Positions 10,060 through 20,900 of a stretch of DNA of 64,000 bases are shown piece after piece. The translations under genes were made by a program, and so were the position numbers. How positions within the stretch are numbered: position 1 is the stretch's first letter; each line of letters starts with the position of its first letter. The notes under the pieces are model-generated. The model saw only the letters and a list, made by a program, of their open reading frames with translations, was not told where the DNA came from and ran no database searches. The stretch spans positions 1 through 64,000 of the IMG/VR virus record IMGVR_UViG_3300050132_000038. One strand, written 5' to 3'.

Positions 10060-10090
10060 GGGCCCTCCAGATTCAGGGGTTGAAATGGAG

Positions 10091-10135
10091 AGAGGGGTAT
10101 GCGGGACGGCTTTTGCAACCGGCGCATACCCCTCT
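10091..10135 (-). terminator. Long hairpin, probable terminator/processing stem after the capsid operon
   Basis: AGAGGGGTATGCG / CGCATACCCCTCT 13-bp stem plus an inner stem. Confidence 0.6.
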
Positions 10136-10161
10136 ATTAAGGTAGATTACTTACCTAGCTG

Positions 10162-10602
10162 TTACTTACGCTGCTTTGCTTTAGCTGCGGTACGCTGCGT
10201 CATAGACGACAGGACCTTAGCCAACGATGCTGCGATCTCTGCATCTTCGTGGCCGATAGCTTCGTCTTCCACTTCTTCTGGTTCGCCTTCAAACCCTTCA
10301 GCTTCAGCATCCACTTCTTCGCCACCCATTTCGTCTTCGTCGTCACCGACCAGACTCTTAATCGACTCATCTTCCAGTTCGTCTTCAGCAGCCCGAACTT
10401 GTTTCGGTTTAGCCTTAGCAGCTTGCACCTTAGCTTGGGTGTAAGCTTGGTGGTTCGATGCTTCGATAATGTTAATGGCTGCAACAATGTCCGGCATCTT
10501 CGTTGCTTTCATCAGAAACTTGGAAGCCGTTACTGGCCGACCTTTCAGGAGTTGCGTGGCTGCCAAGGCCAAACAGTCCAAAGCTTTGTTATAAGTTTTC
10601 AC
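10162..10602 (-). CDS. Putative head-associated protein (acidic C-terminal half)
   Basis: Directly downstream of the major capsid gene; GAGGA RBS; several V/I-x-A-[AS] sites. Confidence 0.55.
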   Translation of the reverse strand: MKTYNKALDCLALAATQLLKGRPVTASKFLMKATKMPDIVAAINIIEASNHQAYTQAKVQAAKAKPKQVRAAEDELEDESIKSLVGDDEDEMGGEEVDAEAEGFEGEPEEVEDEAIGHEDAEIAASLAKVLSSMTQRTAAKAKQRK

Positions 10603-10681
10603 TTTTCTATGTCCTCTACAAGATGAATTCTGATTAGGGAGGCTAACTTACTAGCCTCACCGTACTCAACAGTTAGACCGC

Positions 10682-11770
10682 TCAGGCGATTCTGTAGCCC
10701 TTAGCAACCGAGCGACTGTTTGCAACTGCCACAGCGATCGACTCTTGGATGATCCAGCCACGACCGCTGACCTTCTCAACACCTGCGCTAATCGGCTCCG
10801 ACGAAATACCACCGCGATCCGAGTAAGCACCATGGTTCAGTGCATCCGAGATAACGAAGAATTCACCTTGGTTTAGCACCTTGTGTTCTGGGTGACGATA
10901 TGCGTCCGACGTAACGGTACACCCATAGATCACACCGAGTTCACCAGTCAACAGCAACTCGTGACGAGCAACCGGGTCGATTGCGTGGTAGAATTCCGAG
11001 TTACCGATAATGTCGATGTACAGATCGGTTGCCATCAACACGTGCGGCGTTTTCAGGCCCCACTGCGACACGTTCACCATAACTTGGGCAAACGTATACG
11101 GCGTCAGTTGACCCGAGATAATCGACAGCGGATTATCAATACCGACGATAGCATTAACTTGGTTGTACCACAGACGGTCTTCGCCGACCATGATAGCTTC
11201 CGTCGCTTCAACGTATTTCTCTTGAAGCACATCCCCGGCGGACTGGTTCAACTCGTTGGTCGGGATATACGGACGGGTAACGATCTGCAATTCCGGAGGA
11301 GTCAACCAACGGTCGCGCGTGATCTGCGAGTAAACCTTGGTCGGGCCAGTTGCATACGTAGCCGTAACGTTCTTGTTCCGCAACGGGAAACGAGGAATCG
11401 AGCCTTGTTCGACTGGAATCTTCGTCAAATACTTACGCATGAAACCTTGACGGTTTGCGGTAAGGTACAACGACTCAGCCATACGTTCGCCCAGAACGCG
11501 GTGTGCATCCGGATCATTGAAACTTGCTTGAATAAGCTCACGGCCAATCTTAGCGCCTTGTTCCGACGAGGCAAACACTGCATCGCTAACGATCTCGCCA
11601 CGCGAAGCAGCTTCGATAAACTGACGCTGCTTGTTCAACAGGTCTTGTTTAGACGAAGCATTGATTTCGCCACCAGCACCAACTGCGTAACCGTTTGAAC
11701 CCGGAAACTTATATTGGGAAGCTGCAACCATAGGCGTCTTGGCTGCTCGGACTTTGATTTTTTCACGCAT
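10682..11770 (-). CDS. Major capsid protein
   Basis: 362 aa after the protease-scaffold-decoration genes; HK97-like motifs (EAIMVGEDRLW, GELGVIYGCTV..D, GWIIQE..AV..SRSVAKG). Confidence 0.85.
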   Translation of the reverse strand: MREKIKVRAAKTPMVAASQYKFPGSNGYAVGAGGEINASSKQDLLNKQRQFIEAASRGEIVSDAVFASSEQGAKIGRELIQASFNDPDAHRVLGERMAESLYLTANRQGFMRKYLTKIPVEQGSIPRFPLRNKNVTATYATGPTKVYSQITRDRWLTPPELQIVTRPYIPTNELNQSAGDVLQEKYVEATEAIMVGEDRLWYNQVNAIVGIDNPLSIISGQLTPYTFAQVMVNVSQWGLKTPHVLMATDLYIDIIGNSEFYHAIDPVARHELLLTGELGVIYGCTVTSDAYRHPEHKVLNQGEFFVISDALNHGAYSDRGGISSEPISAGVEKVSGRGWIIQESIAVAVANSRSVAKGYRIA

Positions 11771-11814
11771 TTTGTTTATTCTCCAATGGATTATTCAGTG
11801 TGTCTGGCGTGATC

Positions 11815-12492
11815 TTACATCGCCGAGAAGCTCAGACCCAGGTAAGGAATGGTCATATTCGGAACACCCGTGATGATGATATTCGGGATGGTGTTACCGG
11901 TACCCGTCTGGTCGGTGATCTGACCATTAGCAGCCAGCTTAACGCTAGTAGCAGCAGCCCAGTTCTTCGATGCGTCGAATTCCGTTACCCACACGTCACC
12001 ACGTTTGATAACACCGATCTGGCCAACGTACGAACCAACGTAACCACCCGGTTGAATGTCGCCGTACAGGGCGCGCATCTGGACCACCGACATAGCATAC
12101 TTGTAAGTAACGCTAACCGTGTCACCTGGAGTCAGGCCGCTGATGTTGGTACCGGTAATGGTGAACGTCGTATTCGGCGTACCCGTCGTCGTGTCGATAA
12201 CAAACACTTGACCAGCAACAGGCATCATCGACAAGGTAATCATGCCACCGGTCGGAACGGTAAACGTCTCAACCTTGTTGGTGTACGATTCCGGGAATGG
12301 GAGAGCCGACGTACCAGCGAAGGCAAAGCCGATGAATACGTCAGTAGCAGTACCAGTCGAAGGCATTGCACCCATCGATTGAGCAGCGCTCGACACCACA
12401 AGTGCCTGCGATTCAGCAAGGATGATTGCGCCCGGTGCAACGAAAGCCTCGCCCGAGTCCACGATTCGCGTAGAAGGCAAATAGAAAGCCAT
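11815..12492 (-). CDS. Putative capsid decoration/structural protein
   Basis: Thr/Gly/Val-rich beta protein immediately upstream of the major capsid gene. Confidence 0.6.
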   Translation of the reverse strand: MAFYLPSTRIVDSGEAFVAPGAIILAESQALVVSSAAQSMGAMPSTGTATDVFIGFAFAGTSALPFPESYTNKVETFTVPTGGMITLSMMPVAGQVFVIDTTTGTPNTTFTITGTNISGLTPGDTVSVTYKYAMSVVQMRALYGDIQPGGYVGSYVGQIGVIKRGDVWVTEFDASKNWAAATSVKLAANGQITDQTGTGNTIPNIIITGVPNMTIPYLGLSFSAM

Positions 12493-12561
12493 GTTTATTT
12501 CTCCAGATAATTAGATTGAAGTCTTATCAGACCTTCACTTTAAAATTGCAAGTATCGCAAA

Positions 12562-14133
12562 TCACAGGTACGTGAAGAACGGTGCATCGCCATTCAGAAT
12601 AGCCTTAGCAGTCAACGAATGACTGGAAGCCTTAGCCTGAGTACGGGTCTTTTGCAGAGGGCGGCTCAGTGCTGCGTGAACAGTACTGGGGCTCTCGATC
12701 TCGTCTTCAAACTCGTCAGCGAACTCACCGTCGTCTTCTGCTTCAGCGGTGTACATGGCTTGGAAGTCAGGACTTGCCGAGTCACCATACAGGTTCTGGT
12801 CGTCGTCCATACCTTCGTCGCTAGTCATGTCCAGTGCTTCTGCAAACGTGTTACGTGTCGACTCAGGCATTGCTTGCAACTTGGTAGCCAGGGTAACGAT
12901 GGCCTTAGCATATGTAACACCGTGCGAGGCAAACACCGAACGTACCAGCTTCGAGGCACCGCGGACACCAGCTGCAGCCAATTCATCTTCGAGTGCTGCA
13001 CGCAACTCGTTCTTGGTGTCTTTGAAGTACTGACGATTGATACCAACAGCAGCGATAGCCAAGCATTGATCGAGAGCCGAGGTAGCAGCTTGAGAAGTCC
13101 GGCGAACTGCAGCAGTAACACTCTTCACCTTAGCTTCAACACGCTTGTTTAATACTTCGGTGCGACCCACGTTCACGGTAGCTAACGTAAATCCCATGCC
13201 CTTCAGACCAGCACGCAAACCATGTTTAGCCATTTCAACGCCAACTACATCTTGGAATTGATCCGACATATAGTGGTCACCATGACCGGCTTTGATAGCC
13301 TGCTTCTTACCCAGTGATGCGATGATACGGTTAGCCTTGATAGCGTGGACTCGCAGGCCAATCGAAGCAAACACAACATCTTCGCTATCCTTATCGTCCA
13401 TTGCATCAATGTCAACCACCGGCATGTCATCTTCGGTAGCGGCACTGTACTCCTTGCCGTCTTCCTCAGCACCCCAGTCGTCCATATCGCCCTCTTCTTC
13501 CTCGTCCACTGCAGCATTCATACGGCGCGATTCAGGGGTGTCTTCCTCCTCATTCTTGAAATGAGTCGAACCACCTTCGTCGTCATTGTCCGTATCGAGA
13601 AGCGATTGCGGAGTGAAGCCATGCTCAAGTTCATCAGCAGCGTTTACTTCTTCCATACCCTCTTCATCATCTTCCTCTTCTTCGTCGAACTCACCAACGG
13701 TCAGATAACCTTCGGCTGGGTCAACGTCGTTGTCGAGGAACTGCTCATCACCTTCTGCAGAGCCTGCCTTAACACCCGAGTCAGGATCAGCACCCGTGAA
13801 CAGGTCAGGATCAGCTTCAGAGCTCGACATATCCGGATCAGTACCCGAGAACGAATCGGTGTCCACATCAGCGTCGGCCTTGATACGCTTAGCTGCTTGC
13901 GTCTTAGCCACGGGTTTAGCTGAAGCATTCATCCGCCGCGTTTCTTTGGTGTCCTTTTCTTCATTCAAGAAATGGGTGGAGCCCCCTTCTGCTTCATCAG
14001 GGTCGATGAGCAGCATGGAGTCCTGATTGTTCTCAATTGAGAAGCCTGAGTATTCCGGAGCCTTCTTTTCCTCGTTAGGGAAATGCGTGGTCGGGAACTG
14101 GGCCGCCGTGATTTTCTTACGTACAATAGCCAT
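12562..14133 (-). CDS. Prohead scaffold/core-like acidic protein
   Basis: Very D/E-rich with an internal repeat (EGGSTHF.NEE.DT.E.RRMNA twice). Start moved to ATG 14133 (GAGAGGA RBS), downstream of a terminator and the promoter motif. Confidence 0.65.
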   Translation of the reverse strand: MAIVRKKITAAQFPTTHFPNEEKKAPEYSGFSIENNQDSMLLIDPDEAEGGSTHFLNEEKDTKETRRMNASAKPVAKTQAAKRIKADADVDTDSFSGTDPDMSSSEADPDLFTGADPDSGVKAGSAEGDEQFLDNDVDPAEGYLTVGEFDEEEEDDEEGMEEVNAADELEHGFTPQSLLDTDNDDEGGSTHFKNEEEDTPESRRMNAAVDEEEEGDMDDWGAEEDGKEYSAATEDDMPVVDIDAMDDKDSEDVVFASIGLRVHAIKANRIIASLGKKQAIKAGHGDHYMSDQFQDVVGVEMAKHGLRAGLKGMGFTLATVNVGRTEVLNKRVEAKVKSVTAAVRRTSQAATSALDQCLAIAAVGINRQYFKDTKNELRAALEDELAAAGVRGASKLVRSVFASHGVTYAKAIVTLATKLQAMPESTRNTFAEALDMTSDEGMDDDQNLYGDSASPDFQAMYTAEAEDDGEFADEFEDEIESPSTVHAALSRPLQKTRTQAKASSHSLTAKAILNGDAPFFTYL

Positions 14134-14230
14134 TGCATCCTCTCTAGAGATTAAAAAGTGTTTGAGATGGAATTCCTTAACACAGATTAAAATTGAGGAT
14201 AGCGTGAAACTACAAGAAGTCGTAGACAAG

Positions 14231-14263
14231 AAAAAAGCCCCGGACCATTGCTGGCGCGGGGCT
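14231..14263 (-). terminator. Intrinsic terminator
   Basis: AGCCCCG..CGGGGCT stem followed by TTTTTT on the minus strand. Confidence 0.75.
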
Positions 14264-14267
14264 CTTC

Positions 14268-15896
14268 TTAATAACCAATAGTGAAGCGACGACTCTTCTT
14301 AATCTGTCGTACTTCTTTCTTATACTGGAAGTGAAACTGTACTTGCCTAATAGCACTCTGCCACACATCACTAGAGTACTGTGAGTTGTCGGCGTTAGGA
14401 TCAGCTTTGTAGATAAGCTGAGGGGGAACGTTCCACCATTGATTGCTGTTAGGATCAACGATGACTGCGTACTTAGATGTTTGCTTATACGCAATGACCC
14501 CATTCACTACCTTAGAGCCTCGTTCCAAAGCAATGCGAACTACACGCCCTGGAGCAAGATCCCACTCCGGAGTTAACGCCAACTCTTTCTTAGTCTCCTC
14601 GGCTTTCTCCCGTTGTTCCTTAACTTTAACCTGCTCTTCCTCTGAGAGATAGATGTCTGCGTTGTTGTGGTCATACCTAGCAGGGTTCAACCCAACTTTA
14701 CGCATCCAGTTCTTCCAGTGATGCCCGTGTCCCTGCTCCGTGTTATCAACTACACGATCAATCTCAGACACAGCTTGGTGGCAACACTCATGGAGGAAGA
14801 TTTCCACGAATACCGGAAGTGGGGCATTGAACAACTTGGGTGCGATCTTAAGCTCCCTAGTAGAAGCCCGCCAGTAGCCACGAGTACGCATTCTTGCCAC
14901 GTTCTTTATGTAGCTAATGTTAGGCGGCTTCATCTGGCCTCCGAACTTATTCTCATTCAGGAAGTTCCACAGGTTACGCATCCAAAGCAAACCACCTTGA
15001 GAGCCTGCGACGCCACCAGTCTTAGAATAGAAGTCACCCAACCTAATTGGGATTGCTATATGAGGGACCTCGGTGTTGTCCTTCTTCAGCAATATCTTAT
15101 CGGGCTGTGTTAGTATATCCTGCGGTTGCCTAGGAGCTTCTGGCGCAGGTCGAACTACGGGTACTTCCGGCTTGACCACAACTACTGGAGGAGCCTTAGG
15201 AGCTTCTGGAGGCTGCGGTACCTTACGCTCATTGTCGAATTTCTTTTCGTCTAAGAGTAGCTCAGATGCAGGTTGTTGTAACTTACCCTTAACCTGTGCT
15301 GTAGTCTTAGTGTACGTAACTTCTAGGTCGTCTTCCTTAGAAGACAGGAGACCCTCTTCCACTTTAACAAAACCTAATCCCTTGAGCAGCTTAGAGATCG
15401 GTACTGAGTTCTCCGTGGTGAACGTAAACTCAATAAACCCTAGAGGTTGCTTACTAGTGAACTGAGGTTTACCAGGGATCGCAGATTTGACAGCCGCCAG
15501 AATCTTACCCCAGCGTGGTACAGATTGACCGAGCAGCACAATCTCAGTATCCGTTACCAGAAGAGGCCACCCAAACTTATTATGGGTGTACACCTTCTTA
15601 TTGAACAACCAGGGCGCGTACCCTAACTTTGAGAGAGCAGAGGTGATCGGGGCTTTGAGATTAATGCCCTTCGGGAACAGGCCAAACCAATGACGGTTGC
15701 CTACTTTCCTCCAGTCGTCAATCTCTATACCCCTAGCACGTAACTGCTTACTAAGCTCTATACTAAACTTATTAGCCTGCTCTGGGCTATCGAAGTTACG
15801 CGCCGTGATCTTCTTCGCCGTACCTAGTGCCTCTTGTAGTCGCTTAGAGGCGCCTAGGCTTCCTGAGCAAACATAGCAGGCGCATTGCATCGACAT
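14268..15896 (-). CDS. SprT-like zinc metalloprotease domain protein
   Basis: IFLHECCH (HExxH) followed by GHGHHWK..M, preceded by TRGYW; long N-terminal region and Pro-rich linker. Confidence 0.78.
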   Translation of the reverse strand: MSMQCACYVCSGSLGASKRLQEALGTAKKITARNFDSPEQANKFSIELSKQLRARGIEIDDWRKVGNRHWFGLFPKGINLKAPITSALSKLGYAPWLFNKKVYTHNKFGWPLLVTDTEIVLLGQSVPRWGKILAAVKSAIPGKPQFTSKQPLGFIEFTFTTENSVPISKLLKGLGFVKVEEGLLSSKEDDLEVTYTKTTAQVKGKLQQPASELLLDEKKFDNERKVPQPPEAPKAPPVVVVKPEVPVVRPAPEAPRQPQDILTQPDKILLKKDNTEVPHIAIPIRLGDFYSKTGGVAGSQGGLLWMRNLWNFLNENKFGGQMKPPNISYIKNVARMRTRGYWRASTRELKIAPKLFNAPLPVFVEIFLHECCHQAVSEIDRVVDNTEQGHGHHWKNWMRKVGLNPARYDHNNADIYLSEEEQVKVKEQREKAEETKKELALTPEWDLAPGRVVRIALERGSKVVNGVIAYKQTSKYAVIVDPNSNQWWNVPPQLIYKADPNADNSQYSSDVWQSAIRQVQFHFQYKKEVRQIKKSRRFTIGY

Positions 15897-15904
15897 ACTT
15901 CCTC

Positions 15905-16723
15905 CTATTCAGAACTAGCGAACTCATGTACCTCATCGGATAGAGCCTGCGCCCAGGCCGGGTCCTTCACTATAGAAACCTCGATCGGGCTGATGCCATG
16001 GGCATTTAAAAAGCTTAAATGGGAGTCACCATTCCAGTCCTTGTGGGTTTTCCAGTTCACATCCTTAATGCTAGAGATGTGCTGACAGCAATACTTAGAA
16101 GTACACTCTGTTCCGCAGTACCCACAAGTAAAGTAATCGACTAGTGCCCCCATAGAGTAGGTGTTGATCTCTTTGGTTAGTACCTTCTGTGCTACGTCAG
16201 GATACTTAGTCTTGTCGATAGCTAAGAGTCCCATCACCTTCCATAGCTTACCATCCCCGTAACCACTTACTTTATGGAAGCTAGCATCGAGGAGAACTCC
16301 GTAGGCCTTCTCGTGATCCTCGTTGTCGTGCTCAAGATGTACAGGGCAACCGGCCCATGCTTTGTAAGCCATACGGGATGTAGGTGGTGGCATGAACCTC
16401 GCTAGTTCCGAGGTCGGAAACGCAATACCGTTCCTATTAGGAAGCTCCGATGGACAGACTACTGTAGAGACGATTATGTAATCGGAAATATTCGGGCTTA
16501 TTTTATAGACTTTAGCCGCAAACGGTAGCCACGTCTCATAGTCCAGCTGAGTAAGGAGCGACTGATCCTTCTCTGCATCCATCACCTTCTCAGTGTGCCC
16601 GATGCTATCAACTACTTTGGTATTGAGAGCATCACCTAAACTAGTGTTAGCACTCAACCTCTTATAGACACCTGCGTCCTCTCGTTTAGCGGATGCCTCC
16701 GCGTATGCTTTTGGGATCCTCAT
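15905..16723 (-). CDS. Prohead maturation protease
   Basis: PNRNG..F, VHLEHDN (catalytic His candidate), YSMG (catalytic Ser candidate), CGYCG zinc ribbon, EVSIVKDPA; lies upstream of scaffold and capsid. Confidence 0.8.
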   Translation of the reverse strand: MRIPKAYAEASAKREDAGVYKRLSANTSLGDALNTKVVDSIGHTEKVMDAEKDQSLLTQLDYETWLPFAAKVYKISPNISDYIIVSTVVCPSELPNRNGIAFPTSELARFMPPPTSRMAYKAWAGCPVHLEHDNEDHEKAYGVLLDASFHKVSGYGDGKLWKVMGLLAIDKTKYPDVAQKVLTKEINTYSMGALVDYFTCGYCGTECTSKYCCQHISSIKDVNWKTHKDWNGDSHLSFLNAHGISPIEVSIVKDPAWAQALSDEVHEFASSE

Positions 16724-16726
16724 AGG

Positions 16727-17023
16727 TTAGCCTTCCCACAAAAATTCTAGCTTAGTAGCTGAAGCAGAGCTCTTCAGTGCCAGGCTCCACTCTCCCTCAT
16801 CCCGCGTTAGCTCTGCGTAGGCGTTATCGTACTCCCAACCAGCAGCCTCTAGAGTTTCAATAACCTTTTCTTTAGGTTCATGCACTATAAAAGCATCGTC
16901 CCCTTGGCGGTCTACGGTGAATCCCTTCGAGGTTAGCGTCCGCATAACTTCGTTCTTTATCTTGTTAGGAACTGCTGCACTAACTTCGACAAGACGGGCT
17001 GCAGCATTCAATTGGATTCTCAT
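16727..17023 (-). CDS. Small protein with LNAAxRL tag
   Basis: MRIQLNAAARLVEVSAA. Confidence 0.7.
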   Translation of the reverse strand: MRIQLNAAARLVEVSAAVPNKIKNEVMRTLTSKGFTVDRQGDDAFIVHEPKEKVIETLEAAGWEYDNAYAELTRDEGEWSLALKSSASATKLEFLWEG

Positions 17024-17036
17024 TTACTACTCCTTA

Positions 17037-17429
17037 TCAGCGAGATACGCAGTACACCGCGCCTGGGGTGGTGAAGGTGACGCGAATAGCAGAGAATGCT
17101 ACAAGAGACTTCTGAATAGCTGTAGTAGTTAGAGTCAGCGTGTTAGCCCAGGGCACGTTAGCCTGTACTGCTGGATCAGGATTAGTAGCTTGGGCTTCCG
17201 GAGCTAACGTAAAGTCTACAGTAGCTGAACTAGTACACTGGAAAAAGTAGCCCTGCTGAACCCGATCCATTGAGGTACAGTCTGCTGCTTTCAAGTACGC
17301 CACGTCACCGATTGCGTTACCAGTTACTCCCACCCAGCCGATAGTACCATCAGGAATTGAAGCTTGACCTATACCACGGGAGCCACCATAGTTAGTGGCC
17401 CCGGTATTACCATGAACTTTGGCAACCAT
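17037..17429 (-). CDS. Putative virion structural protein
   Basis: GAGG RBS; beta-rich 130 aa in the late block. Confidence 0.55.
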   Translation of the reverse strand: MVAKVHGNTGATNYGGSRGIGQASIPDGTIGWVGVTGNAIGDVAYLKAADCTSMDRVQQGYFFQCTSSATVDFTLAPEAQATNPDPAVQANVPWANTLTLTTTAIQKSLVAFSAIRVTFTTPGAVYCVSR

Positions 17430-17440
17430 GATTCACCTCT

Positions 17441-17848
17441 TTATTCAGCGTCGGTATGTTCGGTAGCATCGTCTTCTACAGGTGCTTCAACTGGTTCAGC
17501 TACAGACTCCGAAGGGACTTCCACTGGCGGGGTGTACACGTTAGGAAGTTCATCCGTTTGTGAGTTATCCATATCCGTAGGAATAGGCTCAACCTGAACC
17601 GGGAACACTACTGGAGCCATCAGTTCATCTGCGGTGTCTTCATCGAAATCCGGGTGACCGGGGAGGGTCTTAGGCACGGTGGATGGGTAGGCCAAACCAT
17701 AGGACGCCCGATCACGAGACAACCCATGGAACCGATGGGCGTAGTCCAGGAAATTCGAGATGTCGCGGGCAGTCCATGCCTCACCTGCACTGACTACGAA
17801 ACCTACTTTTGCCATCCCATTCTTGAGTGCAACGATATTGAATTTCAT
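17441..17848 (-). CDS. Protein sharing its N-terminal domain with the PKD protein; acidic/Pro-rich tail
   Basis: MAKVGFVVSAGEAWT..YGLAYP matches MAKVGLPVSAGDNWT..YGFAFP in 24906..25403. Confidence 0.6.
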   Translation of the reverse strand: MKFNIVALKNGMAKVGFVVSAGEAWTARDISNFLDYAHRFHGLSRDRASYGLAYPSTVPKTLPGHPDFDEDTADELMAPVVFPVQVEPIPTDMDNSQTDELPNVYTPPVEVPSESVAEPVEAPVEDDATEHTDAE

Positions 17849-17915
17849 TGTATTTCCTTTGTATAGTTAAGACAGGGCCTGTACAAGCAACCCTGCTACT
17901 CCATCAAATTGCAGA

Positions 17916-20900
17916 CTATACTTCTAGATCCTTATCCTTATCAGAGCCTCGGATGGAAAGCTTCTTCAGCCCCTTCAGCTCCTTGGTAAGATCCATGAGA
18001 GTGGATACCGTTATACCAGCCTCCGTAATCTGTGCGATCTTCGCCTCCAACTGCTGAGGTGAACCAAAGAACGAAAGCGTTGGTGCAGAGGTTTGCCACA
18101 CCACATTGAGTGCTTTCACTTTGATAGCGGCTTTACTAGCCGTCTGACCTTGGATCGGCAAGGCAATGTAAGCTATACCGTCTTCGATAAGCGGATACGG
18201 CTTGAACATCTTCGAATCGTTAGACGGCTTATGCTCCATGCGGTAGAAGTTTTGCAACTTCGCCGAGGTAGTCAACTGATACACGTCCTTATGGCTCTTG
18301 ATCTTCTCAGCCTTAAGTAGGTTATAGAGTTGAGCAAAACCCTCCCTAGCCCCTGACTTCAAGATGGCTGGATCAGGACGGAAACCCTTCTCTTGCCACA
18401 GATCCAACTGACGTTTCAGCCGCAGAGCCTTCGGCATCTTAGCACAGTAGAACAGCGGGTCTGGCCGGAAACCAATAGCCTGCAATGCCTTAGCCACCGA
18501 GTCACCTTCTCCGTTAACGAAGTAGGAAATTCCCAGGAAGCCGTTTACGATAGTAAACTGCAGTTGAGCATTGAGAGATTCTACCAGCTCCTTATGCTTC
18601 TTCAGTTCCTTCTTGATAACGACCTTCTTGTTACGCTCTTGAGCGAGCTTGAGAGCACGACTGCTCTGCTTAAAGATGTTGGCAGGAACATCAATGGGCG
18701 TGTCGATAGGTAGATCCCCAATCTTCTTCAGCAGCTCATTACGAATATCCTTAGTAGAACTCTCGGTACGTGTAATAACGAATACAGAGCTCTTACGAAC
18801 CATAGCAGTAAAGCCAGAGAACAAGTCAACAGGGACACGCTTGCCAGTACCAACGCTGTGCAGAATACCATCACCGAACTCAGTGTGGACTGCCTTACCC
18901 TTCATACTCTGGTACAAGGCTTTCAATCGCAGCTGCTCGGGAGTTTCTTCACCCTCTTCTACCTCGGGTTCATCCTCCTCCTCGTCCCTGCCTGTATCAG
19001 CTTCCTCTGGCTTGCCCAGATACTGATCAAGACGCACTAGACCAGCCTCCTTAGTACCATACAAGTCTAGACCCGGCGGGTAGGGAACCCTAGACATAAG
19101 CTTGGCGTCTGGTGGAGTCTCTGCTACTGTCAGTGGCGTCAACTTAGGATCTTCACCGTTATGAGCTGCCCTATAAGCTACTTTAAATGCCTCATACTCA
19201 TCGTTGCGGACTCCCTTATACTGACCGAATGCCTCGTTGTATTCTGTTAGGTTCTCTTCCCAATCATTCATAGTCTGAATGTTATCCAAACTCATCTTGA
19301 TAATCGGAACGTCAGGAATGCTCTCATACTCAGGGTTATCTGTGTTCTCAAACTTGGCAACAGCAATAACCTTTGAAATCAATCTCGACATCTTGGTAAT
19401 GTCGATCGAACGGTTTGCCAGAATGTAATCATAGAAGATTTCTGCACGGCCTTCAATCTTCTTCAACTCAGGGCGATTGATACGCGAGTCACCCTGTTCC
19501 AGAGTACCGGGGTTCCAGGGATTCTCCCCGCGTAGGAGTCGAGACGCGAACTGGAAGTTAAGGCCTTCGTTCATGGATTGCTCAACACCTACCATCCACT
19601 TTATACGGTCATCCTTCTCGAAACGATCACCGTCCACATCCTTGTTACCCGCCTTGTACAGAATACCCATCTTCTGTAGTTCAGGTCCTGCCAACCGATA
19701 AAGTTCCTCGGCAGATTCCACATAGTTAGTGAACACCAAAACTTTACCTGGGTAGCCCTTGTCTATATGCAGCTTAACTCGGTCTACCATGAGTTGAGCT
19801 TTCGGGCTAACTCGATCAGCACCCTTTAGTACTCGATCGCCTAGTATATCGGAGGCAGGAGCAATCATGAACTGCTCAAGCCGGGCTAGATAGGGCTTCA
19901 GCAGGTTCGCCATATCCTCACCTGCGTCCTCATCCTTTACCTCATCCTCTCCTTCTTCTCCGTCAGTTCCTTCGGCCTCTGGATTCACAAACTTCTGTAG
20001 TGCTTTGTTCTTCTTTGCATCCTCTTTAATACGGTCAATAATACCGTCTAGAATATCATTGTAGACAGAGTACTGAGCGTCCGTTAGGTTGACACCCTTA
20101 ATCCACTCAGTCTTCTTCGGAAGAAGTGCAGCCCACTCTTTACGCATAGCACCCGCTACTACTATACGACTCTTGATCTTCCGCATGATCTCCTGTTGCG
20201 CACCTGGTTTCCAAGCGATAACTCGATTACCCTGAACCTCGGCACCATATCGTAAGTTGAACTCATCTCGAGTACCAAATAACGTTGGATCTATAGTAGC
20301 AATCTGCATTGCCAGATCTGACGGAGAGTCATGAGCCATAGTACCAGAAGCTAGTCGCTTCTTTGGAATGTCAGTAATCAATGACATAGTCGCACGCGTA
20401 CGTGCAGTATCGTTCTTAACCTTGTGCGCCTCGTCGAGAGCTACGTACCCAAATCCAAACTGGCGCAAGAAATCGATAGCCGGGAAGATGGTAGTCGGCG
20501 TAGTACCGTAACACAGAGCACGTTGTCTCCACTTCAACACATCATAGTCAGCAACCACTACTGTGTTACGGGGAGCCTTCTCCAGCATAGCCTTCAATCT
20601 AGGTAACCCATTCTGAACGAATGCATAACTATTGATAGCTATAACATTCAACTTACCCCCAGTGAAGAACACGATCTCCTTCACATAGTTGGCAACTAAG
20701 TGACCTGGACACAAAATCAAATAAGGTTGACTACGGTTAGCTTTGATCTCATACAGTACATCGGTCAAGATGATGACCGATTTGCCACCGCCCGCCTGGA
20801 CTGGTAGGATAGCAAAGTCAGGGCTGTCCTTGAGTAGGTTACGAACCTTGATCTGGTGGGGCAGCATACCTACCACAGGTGACAGCAGGGGAATTGAGGG

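Noticed and set aside
10682-11770. Precise taxonomic assignment (resemblance to RSL1/Lu11/PaBG-like jumbo myoviruses)
   Set aside because: Gene content is suggestive from memory, but it needs a capsid or terminase phylogeny that cannot be run here.
14134-14229. ORF-track N-terminal extensions of the scaffold (to 14229), TopIB (to 40535), the PKD protein (to 25442) and NadM (to 50058)
   Set aside because: They overlap terminators, promoter motifs or RBS hairpins; downstream ATGs (14133, 40472, 25403, 50052) are better starts.
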